Shown here piece by piece: positions 33,176 through 46,014 of a DNA stretch of 64,000 nucleotides (position 1 is the stretch's first letter; every line of letters starts with the position of its first letter). Under the pieces are notes generated by a model. It saw nothing but the letters and a program-made list of their open reading frames with translations. It had not been told where the DNA came from and ran no database searches. Position numbers and translations under genes: made by a program. Source of the stretch: Emiliania huxleyi CCMP1516 (taxonomy: Eukaryota); NCBI RefSeq assembly GCF_000372725.1, contig NW_005202427.1:620001-684000 (forward strand). Direction: 5' to 3'.

Positions 33176-34672
33176 GAAAGGCAACTAGGCGGGCGGCTGC
33201 AGACAAGCAACTCAGAGAACTGGCGCACTGTAAACTTCCAAGCACATTACAAGTGGTTGCATATTACTTTCCCACATGACATGCACATGCACATGCACAA
33301 CATGACATGTACACATGTGCATGTGCATGTGCATCTGCGTGAGAGTTCTTTTTGTTGAATACTTTCCACATGATTTGCTAAGACCTTACTCGCGATGCTT
33401 GCGCTGGCGAACTTCCACATGGCTCGATGAGCTCGTGTCAAGACAGGTAAGAGCTATATGGCTGAACCTGAGCAAAAGGCCACCAACCAAACCCCTCCCT
33501 CTGAACACCAAAAGGGGCTGTAACAATCAATCCATGAGGAGCCTTGAGCTCCTTGCAACAGCCCAAAATAACCAACAATACCATAACACGAGGCAAACAC
33601 AACGAACGTGGACCTCCCGCACCTTACCCTTACAGGCCACCATACAGTCTGTAAGGGACCCCGTTGTCCGTTTGCCACCAGACTTTTTTTGAGTTGGAGG
33701 TAATAATTAAATGGATTGCACTGTCCCAAAGAACTGATGCATTCATTTCACCCTCATATAGTTACAATACCTCAAAGTTGATAAATAACTCGCCTCCGGC
33801 GGCCCCCCCCGCTTACCATCCAACCTCTCATCCAACAACACAAAGGTATGGGGAAAAAATCCAAGAGAGGGGTGGGAGGGCGGGAGAATCCAAAAAAGCC
33901 GTGCAAAAAGCCACAAAAAGCCAGCGAGCCTCCCGTTACGCGATTGCTCGCGAAGCGCAGCATGATGCGTGGCCAGCGCGGGAGCAGGTCGGCGCCGACG
34001 CTGCCAGAACTAAGACGAGACCGCGACCGACGGCGGGCTGAAGACGACGGTGCATAATTGTCCTCATAATGTTGCAGGTTATGGCAACCATGGCGCGCAA
34101 GTGTTCGCGCGCGCGCTACTACTCGCCCGAGGAGTTGCGCGAGGAGTATGTGCGAGCTGTATTCGAGAGCTGCGACTTTGGCGACACCGAGGAGGTGACC
34201 ACGCTGTACTACATTGCCAAGGGCATGGTGAAGGGACGGCGCGCTGCGGCCAAAAAGCGCCTGGCGTGGGCCTCTCCGAGAGCGCTGCGCAGACGGCCTG
34301 ACTGTTCTTCACCTTCCTAAATACATACATACATACGGTCTACTAATCGTAGAGGCTCAAGTGACAAGTCCACACACAATCATATACACGCGACACGGGG
34401 GTGCCATCTCCGACGTCTCAGATGCCATCTGCCATACACAAAGCATATCTCTCATGACACACGGGCACTGTGTGGAGCAGCGGCGGCGGTGGCAGCGGCA
34501 CCGGGGGGGGCGCGCGGGTGCGGGGTGCGGTGCGGTGCGGGTATCCGTCTGTATTATAATAAACAACGAAGGCGCTCTAAAAGAAATTCGCGGCGCACCT
34601 TCCACGGCGGGGCGGGGGGGCCGCGGCCCGCGGGGTGCGGTGCGGTGTGAGTGTGTGTGTCCCACACGCGCC

Positions 34673-35791
34673 ATGAAGCGCGCGAGAGATGCCTCGGACG
34701 CCCAGCGCGTGACCATCGACGTCGGCGGCACCAAGGTCTCCACGACAGTGTCCACCATTCTGCGCTCGTCGTACCTGGCGGGCATGGTGGACCTGTCCGC
34801 GTGGGACTCGGACGCGGAGCACTCTGCGCAGATTTTCCTCGACCGCGACCCCGAGACGTTCGCCCTCCTGCTCCGCCTGATGCGGCAGTACCCGCACGTC
34901 GCCGGACTTGTGCCACACGAGCCTGGCCTGCTGGCCTCGCTGCTCGCAGAGGCCGACTTCTTTGGATACGAGCCGCTGCTGTCGCACGTCAAGGCGCGAG
35001 CGTACTTCAACGCTCGAGAAGCGCGCCAGGACTACAAAGCCCGTAGCGAATTCACCACAGTGGGGCGGCTCGATGGCGAGTCCTTTGCGGACCGAGCGGT
35101 CAGAGTGAGCGCAGGTGAGCAGCGGCTTAAAGAACACATCGCAGAGATCGATGCGAAGTTCAACAGCAAGGACGAGAGCTACGGCTCGGACCGATTCGAT
35201 GCCGTCTACGGCACCGTCGGCGACGCATTGGCCTCGGGCGTGCTGCCCAAGTACTACCTCGAGCCCAAGCCGCCCGTCCCGCCCCCGACCAAGAAGATCG
35301 TGCAGCTGATGCCAGTGGACACGCCGTGCTGGTACCTCGTCGGCGACGCATACGAGCCCCGGTTCGGCGAGTGCGGCGACTTTGTGCCGATGCACCCGAT
35401 GTCGCAGTGCATCACGCAGCCAGGCCTCGTGCGCCGCGTCGCCTGTCACGCGCTCGTGGAGGACCAGCACGGCACGCGGTGGATGGAGCCGATGCTGCAC
35501 CTCACCACCAAGGACCTCGAAGAGTGGATGGGGACCCAGCCTGGCGACGGCCAAGGGCTGATCTTCGGTGCGACGCTCGACGACTGCAGCCTGAAGAAGC
35601 ACACAGGCGGCGTAGCACGCCGCACGCTGCTCGCGAGCGATTGGTTTGAGAAGATGCTGGTACCCGTGCTCTGCGAAGAATGCGGCATCATGGAGACCAA
35701 CCTGTGGGCGCACGTCCTTGTCGCGGCGGAGCCGCCAGCGGAGTACGGCTTCTCGGGAGGTCGTGAGCTGGGCCAGGAGGCAGCGCTGTAG
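34673..35791 (+). CDS. KCTD/BTB_2-domain protein with unrecognised C-terminal region (intronless)
   Basis: RVTIDVGGTKVSTTVSTI..SSYL...IFLDRDPETFALLLRLMR...LLAEADFFG. Confidence 0.85.
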   Translation: MKRARDASDAQRVTIDVGGTKVSTTVSTILRSSYLAGMVDLSAWDSDAEHSAQIFLDRDPETFALLLRLMRQYPHVAGLVPHEPGLLASLLAEADFFGYEPLLSHVKARAYFNAREARQDYKARSEFTTVGRLDGESFADRAVRVSAGEQRLKEHIAEIDAKFNSKDESYGSDRFDAVYGTVGDALASGVLPKYYLEPKPPVPPPTKKIVQLMPVDTPCWYLVGDAYEPRFGECGDFVPMHPMSQCITQPGLVRRVACHALVEDQHGTRWMEPMLHLTTKDLEEWMGTQPGDGQGLIFGATLDDCSLKKHTGGVARRTLLASDWFEKMLVPVLCEECGIMETNLWAHVLVAAEPPAEYGFSGGRELGQEAAL

Positions 35792-35969
35792 GGCTGTTGG
35801 GCGAGAGCTAGTGGTTCGTCGTTTGTTTGCACATGTTCGCTTGTCGTATAAGAACGTCCGCCCGCCCTGGCGAGTAGAGGCACACGCACGCTCTCTCGAG
35901 GTCGCTCTTGGAGCAGAGCCCCGGCGAGACCTCGAAAGAGCAAATGGGTCCTCGAAGCGTACCCCTGTG

Positions 35970-36381
35970 CAGGTGTAGTTTATTTTTGCTTGGGGCGGGT
36001 ATCATGACGGGGTAGGTAGGGCAGGGTCTGGGCCCTCCCGTCGGGTTTTTCCCTCTCTCACGCCGGAATTTTCACAGCAGAAAAAGAAATTTTCCGCGCA
36101 AATCACGATGTCAACCCTCCCCAAGTCGTTGATCTGAGGTGCTTGTAGGGCTTGAGAGTGGCCTGCCATGTCACAGGAAGGACTGTGGTTGCAGGAGAGT
36201 ACCATCAGCCATCACTTTAGTTGGTGTATATACCACCTTCACCCGCCCGGTGATTTCTTTTTTAGTTTCCCATAAGTAAGGTAGGTAGGTAGGTAGGTAG
36301 GTAGGGGCAGGGCAGGGGCAGGGCAGGTTTTTGCAGAATTTCATCATGATACCCGCCCCAAGCAAAAATAAACTACACCTG
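35970..36381. mobile_element. 412-bp non-autonomous DNA transposon (MITE) with 38-bp perfect TIRs and a 7-bp TSD
   Basis: CAGGTGTAGTTTATTTTTGCTTGGGGCGGGTATCATGA (35970-36007) is the reverse complement of 36344-36381. CCCTGTG flanks both ends (35963-35969, 36382-36388). Confidence 0.9.
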
Positions 36382-36474
36382 CCCTGTGCGCGGATACCCA
36401 TCTCGCAGCACTTTGCGCCGACACGCATGTGCGTGTGGCACCTCGACGCGCCTCCCCGGCCCTGACTGGTCGCC

Positions 36475-39400
36475 ATGACGACGAGCGCTGCCGCCACCAA
36501 CTACCGCGACGTCGTCGGCCGGGCGCGAGACTTGGAGGCGATCGTCGAGTCGCACCGGTCAGAGTGGGCGGGCGCGCTGCAGGAGCAGAGGCAGCTCTCC
36601 GAGCGGCTGTCGACCTTCGCGGACGGCGAGTGGGCGGCGTGGGCGCGGTCCGAGACGGCCGCCGAGCCGCTGCCGCCGCTGCTGCGCGCGGGCATGCGGG
36701 TGCACTGGCTGGTGCGAGCATGCGGGCTGTGCGGCTCCCGATCGGGCCTGCGCCGCACCTGCGCACCGGCCGGCGGGTCCACGCGCGTAGGTGTCGTCGG
36801 AGGAGGAGATACTGGCGGCCCTCTCGCGCGGTCACGAGGCCAGGGCCGCACGTCGCTTCCTCGAGGCGCGCGCCGCCGCGGACCGCCTCGCCGGCGGCGG
36901 CGCGGCTGCCTCGGAGTCGCCCCGCCGCGACGCTCTTCCGGCGGGCGGCGGGCCGGCCCAGCTGGCCGACGCCTTCCCCGTCGCCGGGAGCGCCCGCCCA
37001 TCGCTCGACGCGACCCGCGAGCGCCTCGTCGCCAGCTGCGTCACCCGGCTCCGCGCGCCGCGCCTTACGCCGAGCAGGCCCGCCGCATGTTGGACTGCGC
37101 CCGACACCCCCTCCCGCCACCGCCCGCCTCCGCCATAGTCCCCCCGCCGCCGCCACCTCGGCCCCGATCGCCGCGCGCCTCTCGCCCGCCGCAGGGCCGC
37201 CACGCTGCTTGCCGCCATCCACGCTGTCGGCGGAGGCAGCGGTGCCACCTCCGCGCCCGCCGACGCCCGCCCGCCCGCCGGCCCGCCCGCCGGCCCTCCC
37301 GCCGCGGCACTGGTCCGGCTCTTCTTCGACTCGCGCGCTGAGGCGGCGCGCGAGTGCGCCGCGGCGGGCGAGGCGGCGGCGGGCGAGGCCGCGACGGGCG
37401 AGGCGGAGCTAGGAGGGCGGCGCGGCGGCGGCGGGGCGGCCGAGGCGCCGGGCGGCGCCGAGGCGCTCGCGGGCGCGCTGCGCTCTCTTTGCGACGTCCT
37501 CGAGTCGGCGCGGCCGCACGCGCTGCTCCGCGCCCTCTGCCTCCCCCTCGCCGTGGAGGCGGAGCCGGGCACTGCCGGCAGTGCCGCCAGCAGCGCCGCC
37601 AGCAGCGGCACCGCGTTCGCCGCCGCGCGAGCCGGTCTGGCTTTGGCGGCGATGTCTGAGCATTCGGCATCTCTCGGCGCGATTAGGCGCGTCTTCGACG
37701 GCGGCGGCGGCAGAGGCGCTCGAGCGAGCTGCGGCGGACGGGTGGAAGCTCGTGGCGGCCGCAGTCGATGGTGCGGCGCGTGCGTTGCTCCAGCTCGACT
37801 CGGCGGACGCCGCTCCCTCCCCGCGCGCGGCGGCGAGCGGGGCGCGCTCCCCCGAGGCCTTCTAGGAACCTTCTAGGAACTTTCTAGGAACCTTCTAGGA
37901 ACCTTCTAGGCGCGCTCCCCCGCCGAGGCGCGGACAGGCGGCGGGCCTCGCTTGTGCCGGCTGCTCTCGCTCCTCACGCCGGGCGAGCCGTGCGCGCTCG
38001 CCTTCTCGACGCACCTCGAGCGGGCGCTCGCGGCCGAGCTGCGGACCGCCGCCGCCGCGCAGCCCGCCGTGCGAATGATCAAGGCGGCGCTGGTGCGCGC
38101 CGCCGCCGCCGCCGCCGCCGCCGCCGACAGAGTGGGCGAGGGCGTCTGCGGCGCCGATTTTCGCGCCGAGGACGGGTGCGATTGGGTCGCGGGCGCGGGG
38201 GCTGAGGCGGACTCGTCGCGCCAAGGGGGAGGGGAGTGGGTGCAGCTCCCGCCGCCGCTCGTCGCGGTCGTGCAGACGGCGGCTGCTTCGGCGCACGCCG
38301 CCTGCTGGCTGCGCACCACCCTCCACCGCCTCTCGCGGCCGCCTCTCGCGGCGCCGGCTGGCACGCCCGCCCCCGGCGGTGCGCCAGACGGGAGCGGCGG
38401 GCATGGCGGGCGCAGCGGACGCGACCCGGCGGAGACGGCCCTCGCAGTCGAGGTGAGCGCGTGGTGGGCGGTCCCGCTCCTCGCCACGCTCGAGTCTGCC
38501 GTTGCGGTCGCCTCGGCGAGGGCGGCAAAGGCGGAGGCGGCGCGGGGCGGCGCGGCGGCACGGGACAGCGGCGAGGCGGCCGCGATGAGCTCGCTGGTGC
38601 TCTCGGCGCGGCTGTGCGGCGCGCTTGCCGCCCAGCTGCCGCGCTGGCCTTTGGCCTTTTGCCAGGTCGAGTCGTGCGCCGCGGCCGAGCTGCAGCCACT
38701 CGTCGCCGCCTTCGCTTCGCTCGAGGGCACCGCGCACGCCGAGTGGGCGCGCCTCGCCGTCGCGACGCGCGGCGCGCTGCCGCCGCGCGCAGAGGAGGCG
38801 TCGGGCGTGTACTGGCGCGCCGTCGAGGCGGCGCACTCGAGCCCTGCCGCCGCCGAGGGAGCGCTGACCGAGCCGCGGCTCACTCTGCCCGCGGAGGCGT
38901 CGGCCGAACTGAGCGATTGGCTATGGCGGCGGCATTGCGCCGTGCGTGCCACCGGAAGCTCCGCCCTGCAGCCGCGGCTGCTGGAGGCCGAGGCGGAGGC
39001 TGCGGCGGGCTGCCTCGCCGCCGCCTTCCGGTCGCAGCTCGAGCGGCTTGCTGGCGACGACGACAGCGGCGAGACGGCTGAGGCGCGGCAGAGGCAGGCG
39101 CTGCAGCTCTACTTCGACGTGACGCTCTGCCGCGCAGCCCTCCGCAGCCGCCCGCAGCCGCTGCCGCCGGCGGATGCGCGGGTCTCGGCGCAGCGGCACG
39201 AGTTTGACAAGGCGGCGAGGGCGACGCTCACCGCCGCCGCCGCCAAGCTCGGCGCGGCGGCGCGGGAGCCTCCCCTACCGCGCGACAAGGCGGCGGCGGA
39301 CGACGGCGCAGCTGTCCTCGCACCACACACAAGGTCTGAGGTTCTGTGCCCCCCTCCCTCCCGCAGGCGGGTGGTGACGACGCGTGCCTGCGTGCGGCGG

Positions 39401-39972
39401 AGGAGGGCGTCGCTGCGTGGCTGCAGCACCACGAGCCGATCGCGTGGGCCCTCTGCCGCAAGCCCGTGCGGCGCGCCGCTGCTGCAGCGCTCTCCCGCGT
39501 CGCTCTGCTCGCATGCGCCGACGGCACTGCGGCAGCGCAGATGCCGCCAGCGCCGCAGGCCGGCTCAGGCGGCTCCCTCCTTCGCCGAGCGCCGCCCTGC
39601 GGCCGCTTCGGCTACCTCCCGGTCCAGACGCCGCCGCTGCGGGCGCCGCGCTTCGAAGCGGCAGCCAGGCACACGGCGGGCAGCGGCGCGGGCGCTGTCA
39701 ACGCCCTCGGCCTCGACGAGGCGGCGGTGGCAGCCGCGGGCGCCGACCTGCCCGTCGCAGGGACCGACAGCGCTCTTGGAGGGGGGAGGAGCGGGCTGGA
39801 CCAAATCCGTGGCGCTCTTGGCGAGCGGCTGAACGCAGCCTCATTGGCGAGCGGCTTGGGCGGCGCACAGGCCGCCGCGCAGCTGGGCTCGCTTCTCTCT
39901 GGTGTGGGCGGCGCGGCGAGGGCGGCGCAAATGGCTCTCGGGGTCAAAACGCCATCGGCGAATGCGCAATGA
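36475..39972 (+). CDS. COG1: COG1-like (Vps51-family) tethering complex subunit, multi-exon
   Basis: N-terminal NYRDVV..ARDL; late QALQLYFDV and RFGYLPV motifs recall COG1; Ala-rich helical exons. Confidence 0.55.
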
Positions 39973-40358
39973 GACCTGAGATCATGCCGTGGTGGCCAAA
40001 CGCTTGTATTGTGTGAAAGGTATTATATAGGAAGTGAGTGCAGTCGGGGAGGAGGGGGGGGGGTGGAGGGCGACAGGGCGAGCCGACCCACCTGCGAACA
40101 CACCGCCCTGCGCGACACGATCTGCGTTCTGACTCGCTATATTTACATACATACACACCTCGAGGGACGAGGCTCTCCAAGAGCGTAATAAAAAGCGAAA
40201 CGGGGGGGGGGGGGGGGGACTCCACGTAAAAGTAACACGCTCAACACCCTCTCACTGGCACGTGTTTTGCGCCGTCAGCGGACAGGGGGTGCCACTCGCA
40301 ACCGACTGCCAGCACCAGTCAGCAGCCTCTCGCTAGGCGCAGCGGCCGGGTCCTCTCG

Positions 40359-43205
40359 TCAGCCCTTCACGGCGTGCCACCGGTTGGAGCATCGCGACGC
40401 AGCCGACCGAACCACCCTCTTGCGGTGATCGAGCAGGTCCTGCAGGTCGCGCAGAACCCGCTTCTTGAGCGGGTAGAGGGTTGGCGGAGGCAGCGTGGAA
40501 GCGGCCGAGTCGAGCAGCTGCAAGGCCCGCTCGGTGAGGCGGCTCGCCGGGCCGGGCGGAAGCAGCTGTGTGGCACGACCGGCAAAGCGGAGCGCCGCCG
40601 GGATCGCCTCGGCAAGAGCCGCCTCGGCCTGGGCGCCGTCGCGGTTGTTGGCTTCGGGCAGCTTCCCCGCAAAAGCCAGCATCACCGCCAAAGCTTGCTC
40701 CACTCTCTCTGCGGCGGCGTCGCCCCCGAGCAGCGCTCTTGGGACGGAGTTGCCGCCGCCATCGCCGCCGTCGCAGCAATGCTGGAGGACGTGCCTCAGC
40801 CAGAGGCTGGCGGTGGGCGCGAGGCGGAGGAGCGGAGGCAGCGCGGCGGCTGGGAGGCCGAGGAGCACCATCACAGTTGCGTGGACACGCCACAAGCTCG
40901 CCGCAGCAGAACCCGGCGCCCCCGCCGGCCGATCTCCGGCTGAAGACGGCGCGAGCCGCGGCAAGAGCGCGGCGGACAGCCGCTGCGAGAGAAGCGGCGA
41001 GCAGCTCGCGCCCGTCTCGCGAAGGAGCAGCGCCCCGGGGGGCTGCACGAGCATCCGGAGCCCGCCACACGCCGTGTCGACCCACCGGGCGGCGGCGATC
41101 GCCACCGCGGGGCTGGTCGATCGGTCCGCGAGCTCGGCAGCCCGCTCGATCAGTCCGACGAGCGCCGCCGGCTGCCGCGCGACGAAGGCCTGCCCCCGAC
41201 AGACGGCCGCCTACGCGCGAGGAGGAGCGGCACTCCTGCAGCGGTGCCGCTCTACACCGCGGAGGCGCGCCAGGCCCTCACCTTTGACAGCCAGACCCAG
41301 CGGTGAAGCTTGGAGAGCGCCTCGGCAGCGCCGCCGCCGCCGTCGAGCGCCGCGTCGAGGATCGCCTGATCGCGGTCGATGAGCGCCGCGAGCTCCTCGT
41401 CCTTCGCCCACTTGTTCGACGCGACGCAGAGCGCAGGCAGTAGCGGGGCGGGCACACCGGCCGCCCCGTCGCCGTCGCACGCCGCGAAGAGCAGGCCAAC
41501 CGTCCCCTCGGGCAGCGGGGTGCGTGCGTGCGTGTGGGCGAGAGCCAGCTCGAGCAGCGGCGCCAGCAAAGCCCGCGCCGCGCCGTCCTGCGGCTCGCCT
41601 GCGGCCGCCGGGGCAGGGAGCAGCCAAGCGAGTACCTCCCTCAGCCAGCCGCCGTCGGCTCGGCACAGCGCGACGCACAGCGGGCGGCTCGCCTCGAGCA
41701 GCGCCTCCAGCCTCGCCTTTGGGAGGGAGACGCGGGGTCGGGAGGGCAGAGAGAGAGGAGGAGGAGGCGCCGGATGCCTTGCGCGCCTGCGCGGCCGAGG
41801 GAGGCGGTCGCGCGCCAGCGGGAGCAGCGGGAACCGACTCGAGAGCGGCGGCGGTGGCGGCGGCGGTCCAAGCGGCGCGCAGCCTCGAGGCGCAGCTGAA
41901 AGCGACCTCGCGCGCCGGAGTGCCAGGCGCGGCTGCGGCGGCGGCGAGGCCCGCGAAGCAAGCGGCGAGGGCGGCGTCCGGTTGGCTCGCTACACGCCCG
42001 AGCTCGATGCGCCGCTCAGCGACGGAGGCGAGCGCAGTGGCGGCGGCAGTCCACGTCGGGTCCTGTGAAAGGGGCGTCGTTGTTAGGAGCGAAGCGCGGC
42101 CGGTGGGTGGGGGGGGGGGGGGGGGGGGGCCTCCCCCCAAGGGGTTCCCGGGCCCTGGAGCGGCTTTAAAAAAATGGCGGCGGAAAAAGTTGGATTTTGG
42201 CCGCATTTGGGCCGCATCTCGACTGCATCTTGGCGGCAACTCGGCTGCATCTCGGCTGCATCTCGGCCATACCTCCTCGAGCAGCGGTGCGACGGCGGCG
42301 GCGAGGTGCGAGCAGACCTATCGAGCGCGGTGCAGGGTGCGCGTGAGCGAGAGGGGACTGGTCGCCACCCGACACGAGCGGCGCGGCGCCAGCGGCGACG
42401 AGGAGGCGCCGCCCTCCAAGCCAGCCGTGCTCGCGGCGTGCAACGCGTCGAGCAGCGGCGCGAGGAGCTCGCCCCTCACCGCTGCGAGCAACCGCTCGGA
42501 GGAGCTGCCTTGGGGAGCGGCTCGCGAGGCGGCGCACAGCTGCGCCACCGCGCTGGCGACCGCCGCGGCGGCAGAGGGAGGCGCGCGCGCGCCGTCGGGG
42601 GCGGCGAGCTGCGGGCCGGCCGGGCTGGCCGCGTGCGCCGCGTCGACGATCGCAGTGGCGAGGAGGCGGACGGGGCCAGCAGCTGGGCTCGGCTCGAGGC
42701 TCGGCTCGAGCCGGCCCGCCGCCAGGCCGAGGCCGAGGCAGAGCAGCTCCGCCGCTGCGGGGCCGAGGGGGGGGCGGGCGTCACCGTCGCCGTCGGCGGT
42801 TCGCGCCTCGCGCCACGTCGCCGCCTCCCGCCCCAGCAGCCGACTCGCTCCCTCGACCAGGGAAGCGGCGTGAGCGGCCGCCTCGGCCGCCGCGGCGTCT
42901 GCCTGCCCGCCCGGTCTGCCAGCCGACCGGAGGAGCGCAAGCAGCACGCTCAGAGCGTCGGCCTGGGCTGTGCGCCGCCGCCCACCCCCTCCGCCGCCCG
43001 CCGCCGCACCCGCCTCCTCCTCCGCCGTGGCGACGGCCAGCAGCGGGGGCAGGCAGAGCCGCAGGCACAGCGCACCCGCCGCCGCAGAGCCGGCCGCCGC
43101 GGCGCAGAGGAGCTCGGAGGCGTCGGAGGCGGACGGGCCGGCCGGCGGCGGCGAGACGCAGAGCTCCACCAGCGGCGACAAGGCGAGCTCGAGCAGCGGC
43201 GGACG

Positions 43206-43241
<36 letters not shown>

Positions 43242-44515
43242 TTCGGTCGCCGGAGCGGCGCAGACGGCCGCCATCGCGCGCACTGCGGCGCTGAGCGCCG
43301 CAAGGCGCGCGCTCCGCTCGGCGGCCGAGGCGGCGGCGACGCCGGAGCGACCGGTCGAGGAGGCTGCGAGCACGGCGAGCTGCGCGCGGAGGGAGGCGCC
43401 GAGCGGCTGCGCGTGGTGGAGCAGCTGCGGGGCGCCGTACTCGGCGGCGAGCAGGGAGAGGGCCTGCAGCGCCTGCATCGCCCCGTCGGCGTCGTCCTCC
43501 TCGTCCGCGGCGTCGGTGAGGGGCGGGGCGGAGAGGTGCTCGAACTGCGCCGCGCCGACAAGCAAGGGGCGGCCTCAGGGGGCTTCTATTGGGCGTGTGT
43601 CTCGGCGCAGCCTTTGCGCGCCAGGAACGGGAGGGCGAGGGGCGCGAAGCGGGGCGAGGCGCGGAGGGTGCGGATGAGGGAAGTGAGGAGGTGGGCCCGC
43701 GTGATGCCGTGCGAGTCGCCCGGCGGGGGCGTGAAGGAGATGGGGAAGTAGTAGCTCAGCGAGTCGAACACCTCGCCCACCGCCTCGGACCAGCCGGCGG
43801 CCGCCACCGCCTCGCACCGCGCGCAGAGGGTCCGCAGCAGCTGCAGAAAGGAGAGGAGGTTGCGCGGGTCCTTCTCGCCGTCGAAGGCGCGCAAGCAGCC
43901 GAGCAGGAAGCGCACCGCAGGCACGCCGCCGATGGAGCCGACCTCCTCGCCCTTGCCGCCACCCTCGCCCCCGCCCTCGCCGCCGCCCTCGCCGCCGCCC
44001 TCGCCGCCGCCCTCGCCACCGCCCTCGCCGCTGCCGCCCTCGCCGCCTCCGCCAAGCCACGGTGGGCTGGCGAGGCCGAGGCCGAGGCCGAGGGCGGCGG
44101 CGCGGTCGGCCTGCGGCAGCGACCGAATATCGCACTCCTCGAGCAGGGCGGTGGCGATCTGCGCGCGGCGGCCCGGAGCGACGGAGAGCAGCGGCAGCAC
44201 CGCCGACGCCGCACTAAACACGGCGCTCGCGCACGCATAGTCGTGCATCCGAGCGCAGAGGAAGTCGACGAGGTGGCCGAGCGCGTCGGCGTCGAGCACG
44301 CCAGCGTCGGTCGCGCCGACGATGCGTGCCACCGCTCGTGTGGCGCGCGCACGCAGCGTGTGGTCGGTGGAGGTCAGGCTCGGCCCGAGGGCCTGCAGGA
44401 CCGCGCTCAGCTTCGTGCCGCCCGCAGAGGCGGTGATGATGCGGCCAGCCTCGGCGACGGCCTCCGAGAGCCTCGGCTCGCTCGCGTCGACGCACTCGAT
44501 TGCAAGAGCCTCCAT
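40359..44515 (-). CDS. MMS19: MMS19/MET18 cytosolic Fe-S assembly targeting factor (multi-exon)
   Basis: DGEKDPRNLL, FDSLSYYFPISFTPPPGD, C-terminal VLRDLQDLLDHRKRVVRSAASRCSNRW. Confidence 0.92.
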
Positions 44516-46014
44516 CGCCCGCTGTGTTTCTTTCTTGGATCATGTCCGAGCCTGACGTGTCGTCATCATCTGTCCCGCGTCCACCCATACCGCGTTGGTG
44601 TCCAGTCCGAGCCTGGCTGTTCTTCACCTTTCTACCTACCTACCTACCTGAGTGTTCTTCACCTTCCTACATACATACCTGCTCTCATGCGCTGGTCATT
44701 TCCTCCCCCCGACGGACGCACTCGGCTGGACTCAGGCACTCCGCTCTACTCGAGTGCATGTACCCCACCCCTCTTGCCATCCTCTCTGGCCATCCCCTCT
44801 GGCCACGTGGCCACCCCCTCCCCGGCCATCCCTTCCACACAAACTCCAAATGATGTGTGAGTGTTAGAGTTGTTCGGTATTGCTAAATCTCTCTCTCTCA
44901 AACTCCCCTGAAACTCCCCCTCCCTTCAGCGCACTCGTGCGTCGTGTGGATGCGACAGAGATTTCTTCTTCTTTGTAAAATTCTTCTTCGCTTGGATGCG
45001 CGCGAGCCGTGGGTTAAGTACGGTCGTGGTTCACTCGTCGGCTGGCCGGCCGGCGGCGATGGCCGGCTCATCGGGACGCGGCCGTTGGAACTGCGTTGGA
45101 ACTGCGGCGGCCCCCCCCGAGAAGTGCCGGTGGCGGGGTCTTGGCTCTTGCACGAGCAAGTGGCAGGGTCCCAATACATGCATGGATGGGAGCATCACAG
45201 ATGGCAGCGACATCACAGAGAGGAGGTACAGGTGCAGGTGGCGGCGGCGTGGGAGGTGGAGGGGTGGGTGGTGGCATCTCTGTGGAGGGATACGTGGTGG
45301 CATCTCTGGTGGAGACGGCGCTGGAGCCTCCTTACAATTTAAATTTGGTTGGGAATAAAGAAAGAAAACAGTATCTCCAAGGGAGGGATGGGAGGATACA
45401 AAAGAAACAAAACAAACCCAAACGAGAAGAAAGAAAGAAAGAAAGAAAACAGACAACCCAAAGAAAGAAAGAAAGAAAGAAAACAGACAACCCAAGGGAG
45501 GGATGGGAGGACGGCACGCCGCCACCACACAGGGATTTTAAGGAGAGGAGTGTGATGCGCTAGCCGTCGCCCACCCTAGGGAGTCTGCCTCTTCCTATCT
45601 CTTTTCGCAGTCTCTCGCCGATTCTCGCTGCAACCTTCATGCCACCTCGCGGCCGTCCCACTCTCGTAAAAGAAAGAAAGAAAACAGGCAACCCAAGGGA
45701 GGGATGGGAGGACGGTACGCCGCCACCACACAGGGATTTTAGGGGAGAAGTGTGGTGTTAGCCGTCGCCCACCCTCGGGCGTCTACCACTTCCTATCTCT
45801 CTCCGCAGTTTATCTCCCACTCTCGTCACAGACAACCCAAGGAAAAAGAATTCTTTTCTTGTCGCAGGAGCCTGCTCGCTCGGCGAAGGTGCCCACCACA
45901 CCGAAGCACAACCCGGGTCCTGCTCACACAAAAACGCACAACCCGGGACCACAACGCACGCTCTGCTCACCCGCCACGCGACGAGCCGCAGGTCCGGCGG
46001 CGTCACCGACCCGT

